Positions 49,526 to 58,379 of a DNA stretch of 64,000 bases are shown piece after piece; position 1 is the stretch's first letter; each line of letters opens with the position of its first letter. The notes beneath the pieces were generated by a model. That model worked only from the letters and a program-made list of their open reading frames with translations, ran no database searches and was not told the origin of the DNA. Origin of the DNA: Deltaproteobacteria bacterium (GTDB lineage Bacteria; Myxococcota; Kuafuiibacteriia; Kuafuiibacteriales; Kuafuiibacteriaceae); contig JAVJQW010000070.1 in the NCBI GenBank assembly GCA_040218735.1, forward strand, positions 96,001 through 160,000, in the 5' to 3' direction. A program made the translations under genes and the position numbers.

Positions 49526-50290
49526 TCACCGATCCAGCACAAACGTCACCGGCACGGTGATCCACATCCCCACGGGCTGATCGCCCGCCTTCGCGGGTGT
49601 GAAGCGCCACTTCTCCTTCGCCCACCGGACCGCCGCCGCCGTGCAGCCGCCGCCGAGGCCCTGCACGACGCGCACGCGGGCGATGCGGCCCTGCTCGTTC
49701 ACGTAGATCCGCAGCAGGACGCGCCCCGTGATCCCTTCGGCCTTCGCGGCCTCGGGGTACGGCGGCGTCCGATCTTCCGCCGGTATCGCGAACCGCGGCT
49801 CCTCGGTGATCTCGTAGCCTTCACCCGGCGCGGTCTCGCCGTCGCCGGTCCGCGCCCTGGGCGTTGGCGCCGTGCGCTTCGGGCCCGTGGGGAGGGTGTC
49901 GTCGTTCGGGTTCGCGAACATGTTGCCGCCGCCGTCGACGGTGCGCACCGCGGGGCCCTTCCCCGCGACGACCGTCGAGGACATGTCGACCGCGAACGCC
50001 GTGGGCGGCGGAGGCGGCGGCGCGTTCGGGGGCGGCGGAGGCGGCGCCGTCTTCACGACCTTCTTCACCGTCCGGCGCTTCACCTTCTTCGGGACCACCG
50101 TCGGCTCCGGGATCACCTCCTCGACCGGCGGAGTCGGGGGCGGCGGAGGTGGAGGCGGAGGCGACTCGCGCACCTCCATGCGCACCACGGACGACGGCGC
50201 GGGCGCCGCCGGGGGATCGAGCCGCGACATCACCAGCAAGATCGCGCCGTGCACGAGCATGCTCCCCGCGGCGCCGAGCACCAGCTTCAC
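49526..50290 (-). CDS. tonB: Energy transducer TonB
   Basis: SMLVHG TM, Pro-rich linker, PYPEAAK..GRV..WRFTPA. Confidence 0.9.
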   Translation of the reverse strand: MKLVLGAAGSMLVHGAILLVMSRLDPPAAPAPSSVVRMEVRESPPPPPPPPPTPPVEEVIPEPTVVPKKVKRRTVKKVVKTAPPPPPPNAPPPPPPTAFAVDMSSTVVAGKGPAVRTVDGGGNMFANPNDDTLPTGPKRTAPTPRARTGDGETAPGEGYEITEEPRFAIPAEDRTPPYPEAAKAEGITGRVLLRIYVNEQGRIARVRVVQGLGGGCTAAAVRWAKEKWRFTPAKAGDQPVGMWITVPVTFVLDR

Positions 50291-50721
50291 TCGCCGGCCT
50301 CCTCCTTCGGCGTCGACGTGAACTCCGCCTCGGTGTTGATCGCGAACTTCACGACGCCCTCGCGCTTCACGAGATCGATCAGCCCGACGACCCGCCCGTG
50401 CGGCACGTCCTTGTCTGCGGCGATCACCGCTTCGAGCTGGGCGGCGTCCTCGCTCCGAAGGAACTTGGTGAGCTGCGCTTCATCCGTCGCTTCACCGTTG
50501 AGGAACATCTCCCCCTCGCGCGTGAGCACCAGCGACAGCACGGTGTTCGCGACCGGCTCGCCGGAGGCCGCCTTCGGCAGCTCCACGCGGATCGCCGGCG
50601 TGACGATGTAACTCGCCGTCACCATGAAGATGATCAGGACGACGAGCACGATGTCGACCAGCGGGATGATGTTGATCCCGGTGATGGGTTCGTCGTCGTC
50701 TTCGATCGCGGGGCCGGCCAT
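50287..50721 (-). CDS. exbD: Biopolymer transporter ExbD/TolR
   Basis: INIIPLVDIVLVVLIIFMVTA; IAADKDVPHG. Confidence 0.93.
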   Translation of the reverse strand: MAGPAIEDDDEPITGINIIPLVDIVLVVLIIFMVTASYIVTPAIRVELPKAASGEPVANTVLSLVLTREGEMFLNGEATDEAQLTKFLRSEDAAQLEAVIAADKDVPHGRVVGLIDLVKREGVVKFAINTEAEFTSTPKEEAGE

Positions 50722-50724
50722 CGC

Positions 50725-51366
50725 CTACTCCTCTTCGAGCGCGTCGATACGAACGACCACGGTGCGCGACAGGGTCTGAGCGTTCTGCACGGATCGCTTC
50801 ACGACCGTCTTGAAGTAGTTGAACGCCACCACCGCGGGGAGCGCGACCGCGAGCCCGACCGCCGTCGCGACCAGCGCTTCCGAGATGCCGGCCATGACGA
50901 CCTGCGCGTTGCCGCCCGCCGCGCCCGCGTCCGCGAGCGCGAGATCTTTGAACGCTTTGATGATGCCGAGCACCGTCCCGAACAGGCCGATGAACGGCGC
51001 GTTGTTGCCGAGCGTGCCGAGGAAGATCAGCCGCGCGTCGAAGCGCGCCTTCTGGCGGGACAGCTCGGCCGCCATCGTCTCCTCGGCGACCTTCTCACCC
51101 TTGTGCACCTGGTCGAGGCCGGCGCGGACGACGTGCGCCTCCATGGTGTCGTCGCCCTCGAGGAGCTTCTTGGCGCCCGCAACGTCCTTGTCGTCGAGCA
51201 GCGCGCCGAGGCGGCCTTCGAGGCGCTTCGGATCCGCGCGACGCGCGAGGTAGAACAGGGCTCGCTCGATCATCACCGCCACGGAGAGCACGGAGAGGAC
51301 CACCAGGACCCAGAGCACCCACTCGGCTCCGAGCTGGGCGAACGCGACGATCGAGCGTTCCAGCAT
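50725..51366 (-). CDS. exbB: MotA/TolQ/ExbB proton channel protein
   Basis: APFIGLFGTVLGI; GISEALVATAVGLAVALPA. Confidence 0.93.
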   Translation of the reverse strand: MLERSIVAFAQLGAEWVLWVLVVLSVLSVAVMIERALFYLARRADPKRLEGRLGALLDDKDVAGAKKLLEGDDTMEAHVVRAGLDQVHKGEKVAEETMAAELSRQKARFDARLIFLGTLGNNAPFIGLFGTVLGIIKAFKDLALADAGAAGGNAQVVMAGISEALVATAVGLAVALPAVVAFNYFKTVVKRSVQNAQTLSRTVVVRIDALEEE

Positions 51367-51391
51367 GGCGGGAGCGTCGCGAAAACAACGT

Positions 51392-51426
51392 AAAAAGGCG
51401 ACCCCGCCACCTGGCTGGGTCGCCTT
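51392..51426 (-). terminator. Rho-independent terminator
   Basis: AAGGCGACCC/GGGTCGCCTT stem with an A5 run that reads as a U-tract on the minus strand. Confidence 0.7.
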
Positions 51427-51456
51427 CGTGTTCGGCCCCGGGTTCGGGCCGCGCGA

Positions 51457-51657
51457 TTACGCGGCGTCGTCTGCGGCGTCGTCGTCGGGGTAGAGGGGAA
51501 TCACGATCGGGCCGCGTTCCGCGTCTTCTTCCGGAGCCCGCTCAGCGCCCGGGGGCTCACGGTACATCGGGACCTCGAGGGTGATGCGGTTCTCCCGGGC
51601 GCGCGCGCGCTCGGCTTCTTCGCGCCGTATCGATTCGATGATGAACGCATCCAACAT
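51457..51657 (-). CDS. Small hypothetical protein (MLDAFII-type)
   Basis: MLDAFIIESIRREE..; GAGGGA RBS; followed by a terminator. Confidence 0.7.
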   Translation of the reverse strand: MLDAFIIESIRREEAERARARENRITLEVPMYREPPGAERAPEEDAERGPIVIPLYPDDDAADDAA

Positions 51658-51963
51658 GACCGCTTCCCTCGTTTCCGCCTGACCGACTCGTTTTCGTCGT
51701 GCCTTCATCCACCTTATCGGGTCGGCACTTCGATTTGTTCCTACAGTTTCAACGTGTGACCTGGCCTCACGGTTCCACAAAGTGCGCTGGGTCACGTCTT
51801 TTTCGCTACAGTCGTCGCTGCTCCCTCTACTGAGAGAGTGCCGCGGGCTGGGGTCGCTGTGACGCATCCGAGTCGCGGGGTGGAGAACCACCCGAGCGCG
51901 GGGGTCAAGGTGTTTCCAAATGGGCTCGCCTTTGGCCTCGAATCGGGCTATGCCCGCCGCGGT

Positions 51964-52587
51964 ATGGCGGATGTCACCCTACGCGCCCACGTCTTCTTGG
52001 ACAGTCTGCAGCCGCAACTGACGTCCCACATCTGCACCACCTGCCGGGGCTACTTCCCGGTGCCGGGGATGGCGTCTCTGTTCGTCGAAATCGCCCCCGG
52101 GATGCAGATCCACCGGCTGATCGACGCGGCGCTGAAACAGACCGATGTGATGCCCGCCACACTGATCGTCGAGCGCGCCTTCGGGATGCTCGAGGTCCAC
52201 CACGAGGACAAGGGCCAGGTCCTCGCCGCCGGGGACGCGGTCCTCGAGCAGCTCGGCGCCACCGAAGCGGACCGCATGAAGCCGCGCGTGGTGTCCAACA
52301 CGGTGATTCGGCACGTCGAGCCGTACCACGCGATGATCATCGACAAGATCCGCTTCGGCTCGATGATCAAACCCGGCCAGTCCCTCTTCATCATGGAGAC
52401 CGAGCCCGCGGCCTACGTCGCGCTGGCCGCGAACGAAGCCGAGAAGGCCGCGAACGTCGAGCTGGTCGACGTCCTGGTCTTCGGCGCGTACGGCCGCCTG
52501 TACCTGGCCGGGACGGAATCCGAAGTCGACTCGGCGGCAGAGGCCGCCAACGCAGCGATCAACAGCCTCACCGGCCGCGATCGCTAG
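51964..52587 (+). CDS. BMC-T shell protein, double-stacking permuted (CcmP/CsoS1D-like) type
   Basis: [45 protein letters not shown]; start ATG 51964. Confidence 0.93.
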   Translation: MADVTLRAHVFLDSLQPQLTSHICTTCRGYFPVPGMASLFVEIAPGMQIHRLIDAALKQTDVMPATLIVERAFGMLEVHHEDKGQVLAAGDAVLEQLGATEADRMKPRVVSNTVIRHVEPYHAMIIDKIRFGSMIKPGQSLFIMETEPAAYVALAANEAEKAANVELVDVLVFGAYGRLYLAGTESEVDSAAEAANAAINSLTGRDR

Positions 52588-52628
52588 GCACAATCTCGAA
52601 CTTTCTTTCTTACGGAGGCGAATCGAAC

Positions 52629-52949
52629 ATGACTGACGCACTGGGGCTCATCGAGACCAAGGGTTTCGTGGGGATGGTGGAAGCGGCGGACGCGATGGTG
52701 AAGGCCGCGAAGGTGGAGCTCGTCGGGTACGAGAAGGGCTACGGCGGCGGCTACATGACGGCCATCGTCCGCGGCGACGTCGCGGCGGTGAAGGCCGCGG
52801 TCGAGGCCGGCGCACGCGGCGCCGAGCGCGTCGGCGAGCTGGTCAGCACGCACGTCATCCCGCGCCCGCACGCGAACGTCGACCTGACGCTGCCGCTCGG
52901 CCGCACCGCGCAGGCGAAGAACGCGCTCGGCAGCGGCGGCGGTATCTGA
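52629..52949 (+). CDS. BMC-H hexameric shell protein
   Basis: [35 protein letters not shown]; GGAGG RBS. Confidence 0.97.
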   Translation: MTDALGLIETKGFVGMVEAADAMVKAAKVELVGYEKGYGGGYMTAIVRGDVAAVKAAVEAGARGAERVGELVSTHVIPRPHANVDLTLPLGRTAQAKNALGSGGGI

Positions 52950-52955
52950 TCCGTC

Positions 52956-53252
52956 GTGCTGATCGGCAAGGTCATCGGGACCGTCGTCGCGTCCAAGAAG
53001 GACCCGGAGCTGGAGGGGCTGAAGCTCCTGCTGGTGAAGGGCGCGGACGTGGACGGCAACGTGAGCGGTCCGGTGCTCGTCGCCGCCGACAGCGTCGGCG
53101 CGGGCGTCGGTGAGATCGTCCTGTACGCCGCGGGCTCGTCCGCGCGGCAGACCGTCATGACCAAGGACCGCCCGGTGGACCACGTCGTCATGGCGATCGT
53201 CGACACGATCGCCGTGGACGGTCAGCCCCGCTACGACAAGGACAAGGCGTAG
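52956..53252 (+). CDS. BMC-P pentameric vertex protein (EutN/CcmL family)
   Basis: [36 protein letters not shown]. Confidence 0.95.
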   Translation: MLIGKVIGTVVASKKDPELEGLKLLLVKGADVDGNVSGPVLVAADSVGAGVGEIVLYAAGSSARQTVMTKDRPVDHVVMAIVDTIAVDGQPRYDKDKA

Positions 53253-53255
53253 GCC

Positions 53256-54710
53256 GTGGCCGACCTCGACGAAGCCAAGATCGCGGAGATCGTCGGGCGC
53301 GTCATGCAGCGTGTCCTGACGCCGACGCCGTCGGATCCGATCTGCGGCATCGCGCCGCCGGTCTACACGCCGGGCGCCCCCGCGGTGCACACCGGCGCGC
53401 GTCCGACGGGGGTCTTCGACGACCTGGACCGCGCGGTGGACGCCGCGCACGTCGCGTTCGCGCAGTACGGCGGCGGGACGCTCGAGCTTCGGCACCGGGT
53501 CATCGACGCGATCCGCGCGTGCGGTCGCCGCGAGACGGAGACGATCTCGCGCATGGCCGTCGAGGAGACGGGCCTCGGTCGCTACGACCACAAGCTCAAG
53601 AAGAACGCGCTGGTGATCGAGAAGTCGCCGGGTCCGGACATCCTGCGGCCGGTCGCGCAGTCCGGGGACCACGGGCTGATGCTCACCGAGCGCGCGCCGT
53701 ACGGTGTCATCGGCGCGATCACGCCGACGACGAACCCCACCGAGACGATCATCTGCAACGCGATCGGGATGCTCTCGGGCGGCAACGCCGTGGTGTTCAA
53801 CGTGCACCCGGGCGCCAAGGGCGTCTCGAACTACCTCGTCGGGAAGCTCAACGACGCGATCGTCGCGGCGGGGGGCCCGGCGAACCTGATCTGCTCCATG
53901 GCCGAGCCGACGATCGAGTCGGCGCAGAAGCTCATGCGCCACAAGGGCATCCGCCTGCTCGTGGTGACGGGCGGCCCGGGCGTGGTGAAGGAGGCGATGA
54001 ACTCCGGCAAGCGCGCCATCGCGGCGGGCCCCGGTAACCCGCCGGTGGTCGTCGACGAGACGGCGAACCTCGCGAAGGCAGCGAAGGGGATCGTCGATGG
54101 CGGAAGCCTCGACAACTGCATCGTCTGCACCGCTGAAAAAGAGATCATCGCGGTCGCGGAGATCGCGGACCACCTCAAGCGGCACATGGCCGAGCGCGGC
54201 GCGTACGAGGTGAAGGGCGCGGACATCGCGAAGCTCCAGCGGCTCGTCGTCGCCGAGGACGGCCGGCACCCGAACAAGGAGTGGGTCGGCAAAGACGCCT
54301 CGAAGATCCTGGAGGCGATCGGCATCCGCGCGCCCGACGCGCAGATCGTCTACGTCGAGGGCGACGAACACAGTCCCTTCGTGCAGGGCGAGTTGTTGAT
54401 GCCGGTGCTCGGCTTCGTGCGCGTGCCCTCCGCGGAGGACGCGATCGCGATGGCGAAGCGCGTGGAGCACGGGTTCGGCCACACCGCCGCGATGTACTCG
54501 ACGAACATCGACAACCTCCACGCGATGGCGCGGGTCATCAACACGTCGATCTTCACGAAGAACGCGCCGACGTTCGCCGGGCTCGGGCTCGGCGGCGAGG
54601 GGTACACGTCGTTCACGATCGCGTCGCCGACCGGCGAAGGTCTCACGAACGCGGTTCACTTCACGCGCGAGCGTCGTTGCTCGCTGGTCGACGCCTTCCG
54701 GATCGTATGA
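53256..54710 (+). CDS. BMC-associated acylating aldehyde dehydrogenase (EutE/PduP-like) with N-terminal encapsulation peptide
   Basis: EETGLG, PYGVIGAITPTTNP, TGGPGVV, GPGNPP, catalytic C in VCTAEK, TIASPTGEG; LDEAKIAEIVGRVMQRV amphipathic helix plus Pro-rich linker. Confidence 0.95.
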   Translation: MADLDEAKIAEIVGRVMQRVLTPTPSDPICGIAPPVYTPGAPAVHTGARPTGVFDDLDRAVDAAHVAFAQYGGGTLELRHRVIDAIRACGRRETETISRMAVEETGLGRYDHKLKKNALVIEKSPGPDILRPVAQSGDHGLMLTERAPYGVIGAITPTTNPTETIICNAIGMLSGGNAVVFNVHPGAKGVSNYLVGKLNDAIVAAGGPANLICSMAEPTIESAQKLMRHKGIRLLVVTGGPGVVKEAMNSGKRAIAAGPGNPPVVVDETANLAKAAKGIVDGGSLDNCIVCTAEKEIIAVAEIADHLKRHMAERGAYEVKGADIAKLQRLVVAEDGRHPNKEWVGKDASKILEAIGIRAPDAQIVYVEGDEHSPFVQGELLMPVLGFVRVPSAEDAIAMAKRVEHGFGHTAAMYSTNIDNLHAMARVINTSIFTKNAPTFAGLGLGGEGYTSFTIASPTGEGLTNAVHFTRERRCSLVDAFRIV

Positions 54711-55402
54711 AGCGCTTCGTCGCGCTCCTGCTGTTGGTGGCTGCGGCGGCGTGCACTTCGCCGCGGTACGTCGGCTCGGTCGGTCGCGATCGGACCTACG
54801 TGAACCGCGGGTACGGCTTCCTGGTTCGGCTCGACCACGCGAACCTCTCGGAGCGCTACGACGCGGTCACGGCCGAGAACCTCACGGCCTTCCCGCCCGC
54901 GGTGCGCGCCACGCTGAAGGAGGCGCCGCTGGATCTCGACGGGGACGGCTTCCTCGACCCGACGGAGACCACGCGGTTCCTCGAGCCGGCGCTGCGGTTG
55001 GTGTCGCGGACCTCTTCGGTGGTGACGATCGACGTCGCGGTGCAGATCGTCCCGAAGCGATCGAAGTCCGTGACGCTGGCGTCGATGGTCGCGAGTGAGC
55101 ACCGGATGACCACGCTCGGCGGCGTGACGCCGCGCGGCGGTGTGCTCGACACGCCGGTGAAGACGAGCACCGTGACGCCCGGGTTCACGGCGATGACGTA
55201 CGAGGCCCCGGGGCGCGTCGTGACGCTGGTCGACATGCCGGAGTTTCGCGCCGAGGAAGGCATCAAGCGGCGCCAGATCGTGCGGGTGACGCTGTCGGCG
55301 ACGCGGGTAACGCCCGCCCTGCGCGAGGACCACGCGCAGGTATTGAAGGCGCTGATCCTGAACCGCCGCGGGAGCTTCGAGACGACGAAGGAGCAGTGGT
55401 GA
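54707..55402 (+). CDS. Hypothetical lipoprotein with EF-hand-like loop, inside the BMC operon
   Basis: ATGA overlap with the AldDH stop; MKRFVALLLLVAAAAC signal/lipobox; DLDGDGFLDPTE. Confidence 0.78.
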   Translation: MKRFVALLLLVAAAACTSPRYVGSVGRDRTYVNRGYGFLVRLDHANLSERYDAVTAENLTAFPPAVRATLKEAPLDLDGDGFLDPTETTRFLEPALRLVSRTSSVVTIDVAVQIVPKRSKSVTLASMVASEHRMTTLGGVTPRGGVLDTPVKTSTVTPGFTAMTYEAPGRVVTLVDMPEFRAEEGIKRRQIVRVTLSATRVTPALREDHAQVLKALILNRRGSFETTKEQW

Positions 55403-56004
55403 ACGCGCCGCTCGTCGTGGCGGGCGACGCGGTGGCTTCGCTCGAGATCGCGACGGTCGCGCGCGGGATCGTGGTGCTCGACGCCATGGCGAAGCGCGCC
55501 GAGACGACGTTCGTCGCGGCCCGCACCGTATCCCCGGGGCGCTATTGGGTCGTGATCAGCGGGGGCGTCGCGGAGGTCGAAGAGGCGCTCGACGCGGCGC
55601 TCGAGATCGCCGCCGAGGATCGCGTAGCGCACGTGCTGTTGCGCGACCCGGCGCGCGGGTTGGTCGACGCCCTCGCCTCCCAGCTCGACACCGCGATGGA
55701 CGAGTCGCTCTTGATCGTGGAGACCACGGCGATCTCGTCGACGCTCGTGGCGATTGACCGCGCCCTCAAGGAGACGGCGTCGGCGCTTCTGGAGCTTCGC
55801 TTCGGCGCGGGGCTCTCCGGCAAGGGCGTCTTCACGCTGACCGGCGCGCTGCACATGGTGGAGGCGGCGCGCGACGTCGTGACGGAGGTCCTGACGCCAC
55901 AGACGATCGTGCGCACCGAGCTGATCGCTCAGCCGCACCCGGACCTGCCGAAGCGACTGCTGGACGCGGAAGGCGCCGCGCTCCGCGGCCCGAAGGCTCT
56001 CTAG
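55396..56004 (+). CDS. BMC-T shell protein (PduT/BMC-T1-like tandem domain)
   Basis: LEIATVARGIVVLDAMAK..SPGRY..GGVAEV; IVET..DRALK..GLSGKG..IAQPHP. Confidence 0.9.
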   Translation: MVNAPLVVAGDAVASLEIATVARGIVVLDAMAKRAETTFVAARTVSPGRYWVVISGGVAEVEEALDAALEIAAEDRVAHVLLRDPARGLVDALASQLDTAMDESLLIVETTAISSTLVAIDRALKETASALLELRFGAGLSGKGVFTLTGALHMVEAARDVVTEVLTPQTIVRTELIAQPHPDLPKRLLDAEGAALRGPKAL

Positions 56005-56083
56005 GCTGAGGCCGGTCGCGGATGCGGCCGGTCCGAAGACTGTGCCAAGGCGGTCCGCGAAGCGGAGCGGCGTTATGGCCTAG
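56001..56083 (-). repeat. CTAG-bounded structured dispersed repeat, copy 3
   Basis: Reverse complement CTAG GCCATAACGCCGCTCCGCTTCGCGGACCGCCTTGGCACAGTCTTCGGAC...CAGC CTAG; both CTAGs contain stops of the flanking genes. Confidence 0.88.
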
Positions 56084-56289
56084 GCTGAGGCCGCGGGCGG
56101 CCGCCGCGTGAACACGATGAACGCCATCGCGGGCCGCTTGCTGCTCTCGCGCATCGCGAACTGAATCCCGTCGAAGACCCACCCCTCGGCCGTCCACTCG
56201 TTGAGCGTGTCCTCGATGGCCTCGTCGGTGACCGTGGAAAGCTCGACGACCTTGTACGTGGGCGGCGTGTGCTCGCTGGGGACCGACAT
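56080..56289 (-). CDS. DUF4177-like small protein
   Basis: YKVVEL..IEDTLNEWTAEGW..FTR; start ATG 56289. Confidence 0.8.
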   Translation of the reverse strand: MSVPSEHTPPTYKVVELSTVTDEAIEDTLNEWTAEGWVFDGIQFAMRESSKRPAMAFIVFTRRPPAASA

Positions 56290-56426
56290 CTTCGATGGCG
56301 TACTACGGGGTCGGGGCGCGACAAGCAAACCCGGCCGCTTCATGCGGTCATCCAAGGCGCATCGACACACGCGCTCCTGCGCCCGATTTCCCTTGTCCCG
56401 CGCCCACGCGTGACACCCATCGATCC

Positions 56427-56747
56427 GTGGCCATTCGGAGGGCACTCGCCAGCCTCGCTGCGCTCGTCACGGTCGGCGTCGTGTTCTCGTTCGCGCTCGT
56501 CGGCAGAGCGATGTCTCTCGGCCCGGCGGATCCGGAGAGTCTGCTAACCGCGCTCGGCGGCCTCTCGGCCCTGGGAGGACTCGCGGCGCTCGGCGCGCTC
56601 GCCGCGCTGGCGCTCGCGGTTGGCGCCGGAGTCGCACGCATGATCGCTCGGCGTCGCGTGCGGAGCCTCGTGGCGCGCGTCGACGCCGCGAAGTCGGCGC
56701 GAACGACGAACGTCGGCGCGAGTTCTAGACTGAACGTTCGGCGATGA
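56427..56747 (+). CDS. Possible small membrane protein
   Basis: Two hydrophobic segments; fills the gap; low complexity and overlaps the hemD 3' end. Confidence 0.35.
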   Translation: MAIRRALASLAALVTVGVVFSFALVGRAMSLGPADPESLLTALGGLSALGGLAALGALAALALAVGAGVARMIARRRVRSLVARVDAAKSARTTNVGASSRLNVRR

Positions 56748-57465
56748 GTGCCTCGACGAGCGCCTCGACCGTCGCTGCGGTCGGGACGACATCGACGCGC
56801 ACGCCCAACGTCTCCGCGGCCTCGGCGGCGACGGGGCCGATGACCGCGACGGTGCGGCGCTCGAGGTAGCCCCGGGCGTCGTCGAAGGCCTCCAGGAGCG
56901 CCTCTAGCGTCCTGCCGCTGAGGAAGGTCACGATGTCCGCGGGCTCGGCTCGTTCGCGCTCCTCGGGCGTCCAGCGGCGCCATCGAATCGTGTAGACCTC
57001 GGGGGCCGCGACCTCGAAGCCTCGCGCGGTGAGCTCGTCCAGGAGCAGCTCGCGGCCGTGGGCGCCGCGCGGGAGGACAAGACGGGCGCCACCGCCCGGC
57101 CAGCGCTCCGCGATCGCCGCGACGACCGACTCCGCACGGAACTCGGCGTCCGGGACGACGCGCTCGCCCGTGAAGCGCGCCGCATCGACGGCGCGCGCCG
57201 TCTTGGGCCCCACGCAATACACCGGCGCGTCGACGGGCGCGCTCAGGTGCCGGCCAACGCCTTCGACCGCGTTGACGGAGGTCAGCACCACCGCGTCGAT
57301 CCGCCCCGCGAGCGCCGCCCGCACCGGCGTCGGATCCACGTCGAAGGAACGCTCGATCACCGGCACCGCGATCGCGATGCCCCCCGCCGCCTCGATCGCG
57401 TCGATCATCGAGCCCGCCTGCGCGCGCGCTCGGGTGACCAGCACGCGGCGGCCGGCCATGGTCAT
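56725..57465 (-). CDS. hemD: Uroporphyrinogen-III synthase
   Basis: GRRVLVTRA, LTSVNAV, CVGPKTA, VIGPVAA; ATGA-coupled to hemC. Confidence 0.9.
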   Translation of the reverse strand: MTMAGRRVLVTRARAQAGSMIDAIEAAGGIAIAVPVIERSFDVDPTPVRAALAGRIDAVVLTSVNAVEGVGRHLSAPVDAPVYCVGPKTARAVDAARFTGERVVPDAEFRAESVVAAIAERWPGGGARLVLPRGAHGRELLLDELTARGFEVAAPEVYTIRWRRWTPEERERAEPADIVTFLSGRTLEALLEAFDDARGYLERRTVAVIGPVAAEAAETLGVRVDVVPTAATVEALVEALIAERSV

Positions 57466-58379
57466 CCGGCGGCCTTCAGGCCGTCGAGGATCGCCTTCGC
57501 GCCCGCGCCGAGGAGCTCGTCCGCGAGGTCCGTGCCGAGCGCCGCGTCGGGTGCGCCCGAACGTGTGCCCTCGTAGACCGTCTGCCCGTCGAGCGACGCG
57601 ACGAGCCCCGTGAACGCCACCTCGTCCCCGGTCATCGTCGCGTGCCCCGCGATCGGCACCTGGCAGCCGCCCTCCAGGCGGCGCAGGAACGCACGCTCGA
57701 TCTGCGCCGCGTGGCGCGCAGCGGGATCGTCGAGCTGGCGGACGATCGCGTTCGTCGCCTCGTCGTCCACACGCGTCTCGACGCCGAGGATGCCCTGCCC
57801 GATCGCGGGCAGCGACTCCTCCACCGACAACACGTGCGAAGCGGTGCGCTTCATCCCCAGCCGCAACAAACCGGCGTACGCGAGCATCGTCGCGTCCATG
57901 TTCTCGTCGTCGAGCTTCTGCAGGCGCGTCTGCACGTTCCCGCGGATCGGGACGATCTTCAGATCCGGCCGCCGCCGTAGCATCTGGGCCGCGCGCCGCA
58001 GCGAACACGTCCCGAGCACAGCACCGAACGGGAGTGTGTCGAGCGTGTAGCCCTTCGTCGACACCAACGCGTCGCGCGGATCCTCGCGCGGCGGGAACGC
58101 GATGATCGCGAGCCCATCCGGAAGCGCGGTCGGCATGTCCTTCAACGAATGCACCGCGACCTCGGCGCGCCCGTCGAGCAGCGCAGCTTCGATCTCCTTC
58201 ACGAACAGATCCTTGCCGCCGACCTTCGACAGCGCCTGGTCCAGGATCTTGTCCCCCTTCGTCGACAGCGGGACGAGCTCGACCTCGAGCCCCGGCGACA
58301 CCTCGGCGAGGCGCGCCGCGACGTGCTCCGCCTGCCAGACGGCGAGCGGGCTCTTACGCGTAGCGATACGAATCTTCAT
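57462..58379 (-). CDS. hemC: Porphobilinogen deaminase (hydroxymethylbilane synthase)
   Basis: IATRKSPLAVWQA, AVHSLKDMP, RGNVQTRL, LEGGCQVPI. Confidence 0.97.
   Translation of the reverse strand: MKIRIATRKSPLAVWQAEHVAARLAEVSPGLEVELVPLSTKGDKILDQALSKVGGKDLFVKEIEAALLDGRAEVAVHSLKDMPTALPDGLAIIAFPPREDPRDALVSTKGYTLDTLPFGAVLGTCSLRRAAQMLRRRPDLKIVPIRGNVQTRLQKLDDENMDATMLAYAGLLRLGMKRTASHVLSVEESLPAIGQGILGVETRVDDEATNAIVRQLDDPAARHAAQIERAFLRRLEGGCQVPIAGHATMTGDEVAFTGLVASLDGQTVYEGTRSGAPDAALGTDLADELLGAGAKAILDGLKAAG

Noticed and set aside
51660-51960. Riboswitch (cobalamin or c-di-GMP) upstream of exbBD-tonB or the BMC operon
   Set aside because: No recognisable conserved aptamer motifs by eye, and a terminator separates this region from exbB; an Rfam scan would settle it
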